Source: Oscillospiraceae bacterium
GTDB taxonomy: Bacteria; Bacillota; Clostridia; Oscillospirales; SIG627
NCBI GenBank assembly: GCA_015064635.1
Contig: SVRV01000002.1
Location: forward strand, 80,140 to 144,139
Reading direction: 5' to 3'
Length of the DNA: 64,000 nucleotides
Shown here: in pieces, positions 31,929 to 40,312 of the stretch
Position numbering within the stretch: position 1 is the stretch's first letter
Layout of the letters: the number at the start of each line of letters is the position of its first letter
The notes under the pieces: generated by a model
What the model saw: only the letters and a program-made list of their open reading frames with translations
The model's database searches: none
What the model was told of the DNA's origin: nothing
Program-made: the position numbers and the translations under genes

Positions 31929-33015
31929 TGTCTTTTTCCTCCTTCATGCTATTTAAGAACTGACAGAACAAGCATTCGCTGTCAAGAGAGCTCAAAGCGC
32001 TTTCTGTCTGATACTGGATAGCGAATACCTTGTCCTCTGTACATCTCATTCCTTCTACCGTTAAATCTATTATGTTTAGCTGAACAATTTCAAGCTTAGT
32101 AGACTTTAAACTGTCTGCATCTACAACATATCCATGATTCTGCGAGGTTACCTCAACGATTCCGTTAAGCAGATTCTTCACGGGGTGATTCACACCTCTG
32201 TGTCCGAATTTAAGTTTAGAAATCTTTCCTCCGTAAGAAAGTGCAATTACTTCATGACCAAGTCCTGAGCCAAAGATAGGACACTTGCCTTTAAGGGCGT
32301 TTACAAGCTCTACAAGACACGGAGTATCCTCGGGTGCCCCCGGTCCGTCGGTAATAAACACACCGTCGGGTTTCATAGCAAGTATATCCTCTGCCGTTGT
32401 ATCATAAGGCACGACCGCAACATTACAGCCGTAAGAATTCAATATATCTATCACGTTGTCTTCAAGGCCGCAATCAACCACAACAATGTTGTATTTAGCA
32501 TTGTGAGTTCTTGAATACCATTTTCTCTTACAGCTAACCTTTGAAACAGCATCGGTGGGAATATCTGTATTCTTTATAATTTCCAATGCCTTTTCTGTAG
32601 GTGTATCAATCGAAGTAATCAAAACCTTACAGCATCCGTTGTCACGAATTGTTCTTGTAAGCTTTCTTGTATCAAGACCGTAAATTCCGGGAATGTGATT
32701 TTCCTCCATTACCTCTGAAAGTGTCTTAACGTATCTGAAATTTGAAGGGAGGTCATTATATTCTCTTACAATAAGTCCGCCGATGGTGGGAGTTTTTGTT
32801 TCTCCGTCATCTGAAACACCGCAAGTTCCTATAATCGGATATGTCATTACGACCATTTGATACATGTAAGTAGGGTCGGAAACTATCTCCTGATATCCCA
32901 CCATTGATGTATTAAAAACTATTTCGCAAACTCTGTCGCAATCGTCACCAAAACCGTAGCCTGCGTACTCACTTCCGTCCTCAAGGACTATTTTCCTGTT
33001 CATTTTTCCTGCCAT
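31921..33015 (-). CDS. carA: carbamoyl-phosphate synthase small subunit with a degenerate glutaminase triad
   Basis: CarA N-domain and class I GATase fold ([11 protein letters not shown] and SQNHGYVVD are conserved). The nucleophile elbow reads FGSGLGHE where the canonical sequence is FGICLGHQ. The HPE motif reads QTE (FAIQYQTES). Confidence 0.85.
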   Translation of the reverse strand: MAGKMNRKIVLEDGSEYAGYGFGDDCDRVCEIVFNTSMVGYQEIVSDPTYMYQMVVMTYPIIGTCGVSDDGETKTPTIGGLIVREYNDLPSNFRYVKTLSEVMEENHIPGIYGLDTRKLTRTIRDNGCCKVLITSIDTPTEKALEIIKNTDIPTDAVSKVSCKRKWYSRTHNAKYNIVVVDCGLEDNVIDILNSYGCNVAVVPYDTTAEDILAMKPDGVFITDGPGAPEDTPCLVELVNALKGKCPIFGSGLGHEVIALSYGGKISKLKFGHRGVNHPVKNLLNGIVEVTSQNHGYVVDADSLKSTKLEIVQLNIIDLTVEGMRCTEDKVFAIQYQTESALSSLDSECLFCQFLNSMKEEKDNA

Positions 33016-34262
33016 ACTATTTTACCTCCATACATTGTAAGAACACATTTTCCATTAACTTTTACACCTTCAAATGGTGTGCACTTTCCTTTGGAAAGAA
33101 ATTCTTTTGAATCTATATTATACTCTTCGTCAAGGTCAAACACTGTCAAATCAGCTCTGTCACCGATTTCCAGTCCGCCTTTGATTCCGAATCGTCGTTT
33201 GGGGTTTACAGCCATCAGCTGTACAAGCTTTTCAAGAGAAATAAAACCGCTCTTTACAAGATTTGTATAAAGAATCGGAAATGCGGTTTCAAGTCCTACT
33301 ATTCCCATAAGGCTCTTTTCGAGGCCTCTTGATTTCTCTTCTTCCGAATGAGGTGCGTGGTCGGTCGCAATCATATCTATCGTACCGTCTGCAATTCCTT
33401 CAAGCAAAGCCAGTCTATCTTCTTCAGACCTGAGCGGAGGATTCATTTTATATCTGGCATCCTCTTTTAAATCCTTGTCTGAAAGTACAAGATAATGCGG
33501 TCCTGTCTCGCAGGTTATGTTTACTCCCTGCTTTTTTGCCTCACGTATCAGTGAAACGCTTTCCTTGGTCGATATGTGACAAACATGGTAGGAAACCCCG
33601 GTTTCTTTTATAAGTTCAATATCCCGCTTTATCGGTCCCCATTCGCTCTCGGAGCATATTCCTCGGTGATTATGCTGCTTTGCATACTCTCCGTCGTGTA
33701 TATATCCCGAATTCAAAAGTGAATTGTCTTCACAGTGAGCCGAAATAATCTTATTGAGTGCTTTTGCCCTCTTCATAGCCTCCAGCATAAGAGCTTTGTT
33801 TTGAACTCCCCTGCCGTCATCGGAAAATCCGCAGACATCTCCTGCCATCCCCTCAAGATCGGCAAGAGTCTCACCTTTTTCACCGACAGTAATCGTTCCG
33901 AATGGCAAAACTTCAATAAGTGCATCCCGCTCAATTGCATCAAGCTGAATCTTTAAATTTTCTACCGAATCGGGTGTAGGTGAAAGGTTAGGCATCGAGC
34001 AGACCGTTGTATATCCACCGTGGGCGGCCGCGGAAGTGCCCGAGGCTATCGTCTCTTTATAAATAAATCCCGGTTCTCGCAAATGTACGTGTACATCGGC
34101 AAAACCGGGAAAAACAAATTTATCGGACAAGTCAAGAATCTGTACATCGGCGCCAGAAAGAGATGAAGACACACTTGAAATCAGACCGTCAACAATAGCA
34201 ATATCACGGCTAACAAAGCCGTTGCCGTCAAACACCATACCGCTTTTCAAAATGTAAGTCAT
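33000..34262 (-). CDS. pyrC: dihydroorotase
   Basis: DVHVHLREPG metal motif, plus a DHAPH segment. Confidence 0.9.
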   Translation of the reverse strand: MTYILKSGMVFDGNGFVSRDIAIVDGLISSVSSSLSGADVQILDLSDKFVFPGFADVHVHLREPGFIYKETIASGTSAAAHGGYTTVCSMPNLSPTPDSVENLKIQLDAIERDALIEVLPFGTITVGEKGETLADLEGMAGDVCGFSDDGRGVQNKALMLEAMKRAKALNKIISAHCEDNSLLNSGYIHDGEYAKQHNHRGICSESEWGPIKRDIELIKETGVSYHVCHISTKESVSLIREAKKQGVNITCETGPHYLVLSDKDLKEDARYKMNPPLRSEEDRLALLEGIADGTIDMIATDHAPHSEEEKSRGLEKSLMGIVGLETAFPILYTNLVKSGFISLEKLVQLMAVNPKRRFGIKGGLEIGDRADLTVFDLDEEYNIDSKEFLSKGKCTPFEGVKVNGKCVLTMYGGKIVWQEK

Positions 34263-34319
34263 ACCGTCTCTCCTTTTGACACAAAAAAAGAATCTAATAA
34301 ACAGATTCAGTAGAAATGC

Positions 34320-34372
34320 AAAAAGCGGAACCGGGCGTGAAACCTTATGCGGAAGCCGTCCGCCGTTCGCCT
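34320..34372 (-). promoter_or_regulatory. possible leader hairpin / attenuator of the pyr operon
   Basis: Leader RNA: ...GGCGGACGGCUUCCGCAUAAGGUUUCACGCCCGGUUCCGCUUUUUGC. GCGGA can pair either locally (GCGGA cggcu UCCGC) or with the distal UCCGC just before the U-run. The stems are short and bulged. Confidence 0.3.
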
Positions 34373-34388
34373 TTCTCTTATTCGAGTT

Positions 34389-34417
34389 ATTTTATCACAA
34401 ATCAGCAAGTATGTCAA
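34389..34417 (-). promoter_or_regulatory. sigma-A type promoter of the pyr operon
   Basis: Minus strand: TTGACA, 17 nt, TAAAAT. Confidence 0.6.
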
Positions 34418-34550
34418 GAGAAAAGTCGAAACAAAATTGCATATATAGTATCATTTGTCAATTTTCTTTAAATATGACGGAACATATATTGATTTTTTCC
34501 GTCATATGTATTAAAATACATATGTATAAAGTACTATTCAGAGGTATTCG

Positions 34551-35639
34551 ATGAAAAAGAAAAGAAAACTTTTTAAAGCAATAAAAGTCACATTGATATC
34601 CTTTTTTTCTTTGATAGCAGTCGCTATATCAGCGTTTTATATTCTCATTGTTTGGGGAGCAAGCGAAAAGCTGCAAACAATGTGGGTTTGCTCTGCAATG
34701 AAAACAATGAATCATAAATATCTCGCTACCTGGTTTATCTCGGATGAAAAGATACAAGAGATATTGGAAAAGAATTCCGTGGACGATTCAAAATACGATT
34801 CAGAGTTAATCGACTTCACAAAGAAGGATAATATCTTTTTATACCCAACCTTGTTGGATTTTACTTTTTCTTCTGGTTCAAATCAAAGAGCAAAAGCTCC
34901 CGAATGGTTTCATAGCTACATAAGTGAAGGATATACCATGCTGGAACGTGGCATATACGTAAAAGAAGTATCGGGAACTACCTGGAAGGGATATGTTATG
35001 CTTGTGGAGGATCCCACAAGAGTAAAGCTTCGTGACACGGCTTATCAGTATGAAAAAGGTCAAACAGTCAAGAGAATGGTTCAAAGCTCGGGTGCAATAG
35101 CAGGTATCAACGGCGGAGGCTTTTTAGACGGACCAAATTACGATTCCAACGGCGGTCACCCTGCAGGACTTGTTATCGAAAACGGTGTCCTTGTAAGTCC
35201 ATCGTCATATGACGGCAAAGTATACAACATGATTGGTATAAATGACAAGGGTGTACTTATTCTCAAGCACTGTACTGCGCAATGGGCAATGGAAAACAAT
35301 ATAGTAAGTGCCGTTTCCTTCTCCCCTTATATCGTAGTAAATGGCGAAGGACTCATAAAAAACGGAACCGGTGGCTGGGGAATCGCCCCAAGAACCGCCA
35401 TAGGTCAGCGTGAAACAGGTGAGATTCTGTTTGTCGTCGTTGACGGAAGACAAGTCGGATGGAGCATTGGGTGCGACCTCGATGTACTTCAAAAAATTCT
35501 TCTTGAAGAAGAAGCATTAAACGGTGCAATGCTTGACGGCGGAAGCTCGACAGCAATGGTTTACAGAGGTGACTACATCAACCGACCAAGCCTTGGACAT
35601 GAAAGGCTTATAAACAACTGTTTTATCATCACGGAATAA
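34551..35639 (+). CDS. phosphodiester glycosidase family protein (DUF2233/NAGPA-like), membrane anchored
   Basis: N-terminal TM helix. Motifs GAIAGINGGGF, PRTAIGQ and GWSIG...LDGGSS are typical of the family. Confidence 0.65.
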   Translation: MKKKRKLFKAIKVTLISFFSLIAVAISAFYILIVWGASEKLQTMWVCSAMKTMNHKYLATWFISDEKIQEILEKNSVDDSKYDSELIDFTKKDNIFLYPTLLDFTFSSGSNQRAKAPEWFHSYISEGYTMLERGIYVKEVSGTTWKGYVMLVEDPTRVKLRDTAYQYEKGQTVKRMVQSSGAIAGINGGGFLDGPNYDSNGGHPAGLVIENGVLVSPSSYDGKVYNMIGINDKGVLILKHCTAQWAMENNIVSAVSFSPYIVVNGEGLIKNGTGGWGIAPRTAIGQRETGEILFVVVDGRQVGWSIGCDLDVLQKILLEEEALNGAMLDGGSSTAMVYRGDYINRPSLGHERLINNCFIITE

Positions 35640-35652
35640 GGAGGGACAACAA

Positions 35653-36939
35653 ATGAAAAAACTTTGTTTTGTATTTATTGCTGTTTTTATTTTCTCAATA
35701 TCTGTGTTTGCAAAACCCGGAGATATTGCAGGAAAATATTACAGCACCGATATTATAACAACGTTAAACGGAGTTGAAATTGATGCAATTAATATTGGCG
35801 GCGAAACACTTATCAGTGCTGAGGATATGAAATATTACGGCTTCCATGTTTTATGGGATGCAAAGGCACGTGAGCTTCGTATCACATCAAAGGACCACGC
35901 AAATGACGGCATTCCGCCAAGTGTAAAAAAGAGTTCACTCCCTTCGGGAAGCGTTCTCGGAAATTATTTTGAAACAGATATCAAGACCTATCTTGACAAC
36001 AAGATCATTACAGCATATAACATCGGAGGCAGAACTTACATACACGCCGAAGAAACAAGACAGCACGGTTTTGATGCTGTATGGAACGGTAATGACAGGA
36101 CGCTTAAAATAACAAGCTCAAAATTTGCAGGATATGAATACTCCTTTATTATGGCTCAGGGCAAGCCCCAAAGTGTCGAAGGAAGCGGAGCTTTTAAGTT
36201 AGTCTACACGAAAGACAATATTATCGGATACGGAGATGCCGAATACTTTTCTTCTTCATTCAGTTCACAATCAAAGAGTTACTATGTATTTTTGCAGTTC
36301 TATCAAAACGATGGCTTGTTTTATTCAAGTAAGCTTTTGGACATTCTGAGAGAACACGCTGAAAATAATACAAATGCCGCAGAGGATATATTTTTTGCGG
36401 TTAACGGCAAAATCGCCAAAAACCTCATCGTGTCCGAATACAAAGGAAACGGTCACAACAGCTACTATGTTATATGTGAAGAAATGCTCAAGTTAAAAGA
36501 AGATGAAATTGAAAGCATTGTGATATCCGTAGGCACTGAAATATCCGAAACTCCATTTGAAATTTCAAACGCTGAGCAATATGGCAGTAAGGCGAAAAAA
36601 ATATTTAAATCTGCCAAAAAGTATTCATTAGACTGGCTTGAAGCTTTTTGGGAACTTGATGAATACACTGTTTTGAACGTATGCGAATCCGAGCATCTCG
36701 GAAAAGTCACAAATAGGCTATATATTGCAGACAAAGAAGGTAACCTTTCCGAAGACATTCTCAAGCAAGTCAGAGAAATAGGCGGTTTCAACGAAGCAAA
36801 ATTGCGAATATATTCCGTAAAAATCGGAGATGTAAAAACAAACTTTTTCTTCTCTTGTGCTTCAAGCAAAAAGAACGGTGATTTTTACGTGGAATTGGAC
36901 ACGGGAAAGCTTCATTTGATAGCGGAAAAGGACAGATAA
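35653..36939 (+). CDS. secreted protein with two N-terminal ~55-aa repeats (copper-amine-oxidase-N / stalk-like)
   Basis: Signal peptide (FIAVFIFSISVFA|KP). Repeat 1 is YYSTDIITTLNGVEIDAINIGGETLISAEDMKYYGFHVLWDAKARELRITS. Repeat 2 is YFETDIKTYLDNKIITAYNIGGRTYIHAEETRQHGFDAVWNGNDRTLKITS. Confidence 0.55.
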   Translation: MKKLCFVFIAVFIFSISVFAKPGDIAGKYYSTDIITTLNGVEIDAINIGGETLISAEDMKYYGFHVLWDAKARELRITSKDHANDGIPPSVKKSSLPSGSVLGNYFETDIKTYLDNKIITAYNIGGRTYIHAEETRQHGFDAVWNGNDRTLKITSSKFAGYEYSFIMAQGKPQSVEGSGAFKLVYTKDNIIGYGDAEYFSSSFSSQSKSYYVFLQFYQNDGLFYSSKLLDILREHAENNTNAAEDIFFAVNGKIAKNLIVSEYKGNGHNSYYVICEEMLKLKEDEIESIVISVGTEISETPFEISNAEQYGSKAKKIFKSAKKYSLDWLEAFWELDEYTVLNVCESEHLGKVTNRLYIADKEGNLSEDILKQVREIGGFNEAKLRIYSVKIGDVKTNFFFSCASSKKNGDFYVELDTGKLHLIAEKDR

Positions 36940-37268
36940 TGTATTACGTATACATTCTGAGATGTGAGGACAATTCTTTATATACGGGAATTACAAACGA
37001 CGTTGAAAAGAGAATGAACGAGCATTTCGGAGATAGCGACAAGAAAGCAAAATACACAAAATCGCACAAGCCCAAAGAGCTTGCGGCGTTGTGGAAATGC
37101 AACACAAGAAATGACGCTTTGAAAATTGAGTACCGTCTGAAAGAACTCAATAAGAAGGAAAAAGAAAATTTGATTGAAAACAATATTGCACCGGAATCTA
37201 TATGCATAAAACTTATGGATATAGATTTTGAGCGTGTAAATACAGAAGAAATAATCATTAGCCATTGA
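36939..37268 (+). CDS. small GIY-YIG nuclease-family protein (UPF0213/YhbQ-like)
   Basis: MYYVYILRCEDNSLYTGITNDVEKRMNEH motif. The start overlaps the upstream stop (TAATG). Confidence 0.75.
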   Translation: MYYVYILRCEDNSLYTGITNDVEKRMNEHFGDSDKKAKYTKSHKPKELAALWKCNTRNDALKIEYRLKELNKKEKENLIENNIAPESICIKLMDIDFERVNTEEIIISH

Positions 37269-37323
37269 CATTTTGAGAGTTTTGGTGTACTCTTTATACA
37301 TATAAACTTGAAAGGGATACATA

Positions 37324-38091
37324 ATGAGAATCGTAGTTAAAATAGGCACATCTACGTTGACACATTCAACGGGATGCTTGAACATAAGAAGGATTGAAAA
37401 GCTCTGCGAAGTAATAAGTGATTTAAAAAACGCCGGTCATGAACCCATACTTGTTTCGTCAGGTGCTATCGGAATGGGCGTTGGTAAGTTATCTTTAAAA
37501 TCACGTCCTCAGGACATTCCTACAAAGCAGGCAGCTGCTGCAGTCGGACAATGTGAGCTGATGTATACATACGATAAGCTTTTCTCGGAATACAGACACA
37601 CAGTCGCTCAGATACTTCTGACAGAGCATGATGTTAATGACCCACAGCGCCGTGGCAACTTCCACAATACGCTTTCAAGGCTGCTGGAGCTGGATTGTAT
37701 CCCAATCATAAATGAAAACGATACTGTTGCGACAGAAGAGCTCGGCATCGGAGATAATGATACACTGGCCGCAATAGTTTCTGTAAATATTTCTGCAGAC
37801 CTTCTTGTACTTATGTCCGACATTGACGGTCTGTACACAGCAGACCCACACAAAAATGCTGATGCTGAACTTATAAAATCCGTAAAAGAAATCACTCCCG
37901 AAATAATAGCTCTTGCAGGCGGCAAAGGCTCTGAACTCGGCACAGGAGGAATGGCAACAAAAATCCGTGCGGCACAGATTGCAACATCATCCGGCACCGA
38001 CATGATAATAACTAACGGTGATAACCCATCCGCGCTTTATGATATAGTTGACGGAGTAGAAATCGGAACACGTTTTTGGAGTACGAAATGA
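37324..38091 (+). CDS. proB: glutamate 5-kinase (no PUA domain)
   Basis: VKIGTSTL, VSSGAIG and NENDTV motifs. Confidence 0.9.
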   Translation: MRIVVKIGTSTLTHSTGCLNIRRIEKLCEVISDLKNAGHEPILVSSGAIGMGVGKLSLKSRPQDIPTKQAAAAVGQCELMYTYDKLFSEYRHTVAQILLTEHDVNDPQRRGNFHNTLSRLLELDCIPIINENDTVATEELGIGDNDTLAAIVSVNISADLLVLMSDIDGLYTADPHKNADAELIKSVKEITPEIIALAGGKGSELGTGGMATKIRAAQIATSSGTDMIITNGDNPSALYDIVDGVEIGTRFWSTK

Positions 38092-39347
38092 TAACCACAA
38101 AAGAAATTCTGAAAAAAGCAAAAAAAGTAGCACCCATTGTAGCAAAAACAAGCGACAAAAAAAGAAAAGAAGCATTGTTATCAATGGCAGATATGCTTGT
38201 AGCAAAAGCTGACTATATTCTTACCAAAAATGCCGAAGACGTAAAGGCGGCACGTGAAAAGCTCGGCAGTGTTATGATTGACCGACTGACTTTAACAAAA
38301 GAAAGAATACATGACATGGCAAAGGGGCTAAGAGTTGTGGCTGAACTTCCTGACCCGCTGAAAAGAAAATACTCAAAGTTTACACACAATAAAGGAATGA
38401 CAATACAAAAGGTTGCCGTTCCGATTGGTGTTGTGGCAATCATTTACGAAAGCCGTCCCAATGTTACATCGGACGCCGCATCACTTGCAATAAGGGCGGG
38501 CAATGCTTGTATATTAAGAAGCGGCAAAGATGCTTTTGAATCCGCATTCGCAATTGTAGAAGTTTTAAAGGAAGGTCTTGCAAAGGTTAACTTCCCTACT
38601 GACTCTATACAGTTAATCGAAGATAAAACCCGAGAAAGCGCGACCGAACTAATGAAGGCCAACGGATATGTTGATTTACTTATTCCTCGAGGCGGTGCAG
38701 GGCTCATAAATACATGTATAGAAAATGCTACTGTTCCCTGCATACAGACTGGTACCGGTATATGCCATGTATACATTGATAAATATGCGGATATTGATAA
38801 GGCACTTAAAATTATCAACAATGCAAAAACCAGCCGACCTTCAGTTTGCAATGCGGCTGAGGTATGCTTAGTACACAAAGATGTAGCAAATGATTTTCTT
38901 CCCAAAATGAAAGCTCTGTTGACAGACGAGCGCACAAAGCAAAATCTTGTAGCAGTTGAGCTTCGAGGCGATAAGAAGACTTGCGAAATAATTGATTGTA
39001 CTCCTGCCACAAAAAGTGATTTTGATACAGAGTTCTTGGATTACATTCTCGCTGTTAAAATCGTATCAAGCGAAAGCGAGGCAATAAAGCACATAGCCAA
39101 GCATTCAACAGGACACAGCGAAGCAATTATTTCAGAAAATGCAAGAAGCTGTAACTCTTTTATAAAAGGAATCGATTCTGCAGCTGTATACGTAAATACC
39201 TCTACCAGATTTACCGACGGCGGTGAATTCGGACTTGGATGTGAAATGGGTATTTCAACACAAAAGCTCCACGCAAGAGGTCCTATGGGCCTTGAAGAAT
39301 TAACAACATACAAATATGTTATTAAAGGAAACGGACAAATAAGATGA
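38088..39347 (+). CDS. proA: gamma-glutamyl phosphate reductase
   Basis: Catalytic-Cys context TSRPSVCNAAE. Start placed at the ATGA overlap with the proB stop. Confidence 0.9.
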   Translation: MITTKEILKKAKKVAPIVAKTSDKKRKEALLSMADMLVAKADYILTKNAEDVKAAREKLGSVMIDRLTLTKERIHDMAKGLRVVAELPDPLKRKYSKFTHNKGMTIQKVAVPIGVVAIIYESRPNVTSDAASLAIRAGNACILRSGKDAFESAFAIVEVLKEGLAKVNFPTDSIQLIEDKTRESATELMKANGYVDLLIPRGGAGLINTCIENATVPCIQTGTGICHVYIDKYADIDKALKIINNAKTSRPSVCNAAEVCLVHKDVANDFLPKMKALLTDERTKQNLVAVELRGDKKTCEIIDCTPATKSDFDTEFLDYILAVKIVSSESEAIKHIAKHSTGHSEAIISENARSCNSFIKGIDSAAVYVNTSTRFTDGGEFGLGCEMGISTQKLHARGPMGLEELTTYKYVIKGNGQIR

Positions 39348-40141
39348 ATAAGATAATTGGATTTATTGGATGCGGAAATATGGGCGGTGCAATTGCAGAA
39401 GCTGTATCCAAAGCAAGCACCGGCACAGAGGTTTGGCTCTCCGATCCTTGTGCCAAAAAAGTAAATGAGTTGTCTTCAAAAATAGGTGCAAAGCCTTCCG
39501 ACAATCAGGAGATATCCAAAAATGCCGACATAATATTTTTAGCGGTAAAGCCTCAAGTTATCGGAGATGTTATAAACGAAATTAAGGACACAATAAGCGA
39601 TTCAGTGCTTATTGTATCAATGGCCGCAGGTGTTTCGATGAGCAAAATCGAAGGATTCTTTGAAAGAAATATATCTCTTATCAGAATTATGCCTAACACC
39701 CCCGTATCTGTGGGTGAAGGTATGATACTTTATGACACAAATTCTTTGGTATCATCCGAACTCGAAGAATTCTTTACGACGGTGATGAGTAAAGCAGGAA
39801 AGCTTGACAAGATTGCAGAAAAGCTGATAGATGCAGCAAGCGCACTTTCCGGATGCGGACCTGCATTTGTCTATATGTTCATTGAAGCCTTGGCTGACGG
39901 AGGTGTTGCTTGCGGTCTTCCAAGAGACAAAGCTCTCGCTTATGCAACACAAACACTTTTGGGAAGTTCTAAGCTATTGGCTGAAACAAATAAACATCCG
40001 GGAGAATTGAAGGATGCAGTATGTTCACCCGGAGGCAGTACAATAATGGGCGTTAAGGCGCTTGAAAACGGCAGCCTCAGAGGTACGGTAATAAACGCCG
40101 TATCTGAAGCATTTGCAAAAACAAAGGAACTCGGTAAATAA
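39344..40141 (+). CDS. proC: pyrroline-5-carboxylate reductase
   Basis: GCGNMGGAI Rossmann motif and a SPGGST(I) C-terminal motif. ATGA overlap with proA. Confidence 0.9.
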   Translation: MNKIIGFIGCGNMGGAIAEAVSKASTGTEVWLSDPCAKKVNELSSKIGAKPSDNQEISKNADIIFLAVKPQVIGDVINEIKDTISDSVLIVSMAAGVSMSKIEGFFERNISLIRIMPNTPVSVGEGMILYDTNSLVSSELEEFFTTVMSKAGKLDKIAEKLIDAASALSGCGPAFVYMFIEALADGGVACGLPRDKALAYATQTLLGSSKLLAETNKHPGELKDAVCSPGGSTIMGVKALENGSLRGTVINAVSEAFAKTKELGK

Positions 40142-40150
40142 TCAAACAAA

Positions 40151-40182
40151 AAGAAGAGGAAGTTACGTCCTCTTCTTTTTGT
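40151..40182 (+). terminator. intrinsic terminator after proC
   Basis: AAGAAGAGGA / TCCTCTTCTT 10-bp stem followed by a T-run. A second hairpin lies at 40217-40253. Confidence 0.7.
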
Positions 40183-40257
40183 ATATCTTTCTTTATGTAA
40201 ATTTATGAACAACTAAAAAGACTTGCATTAGGCATATGTCTATGCAAGTCTTTCTAA

Positions 40258-40287
40258 TATAAAAAGGGAGATGCCGAAGCATCTCCC
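40258..40287 (-). terminator. intrinsic terminator after the LRR/Big_2 gene
   Basis: GGGAGATGC cgaa GCATCTCCC, followed on the minus strand by TTTTT. Confidence 0.7.
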
Positions 40288-40312
40288 AAAATGTTTTAAT
40301 GAAATATTACTT

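Noticed and set aside
34300-34400. A PyrR-binding attenuator in the pyr leader.
   Set aside because: The closest string (AAUAAGAGAAAGGCGA) does not match the conserved UCCAGAGAGG loop. It is reported only as a generic possible attenuator with low confidence.
34276-34554. Track ORF of 92 aa on the plus strand in the pyrC upstream region.
   Set aside because: It overlaps the pyr promoter and leader on the opposite strand. It has no SD and low-complexity, Cys/Phe/Ile-rich composition, and its start is non-ATG. It is likely spurious.
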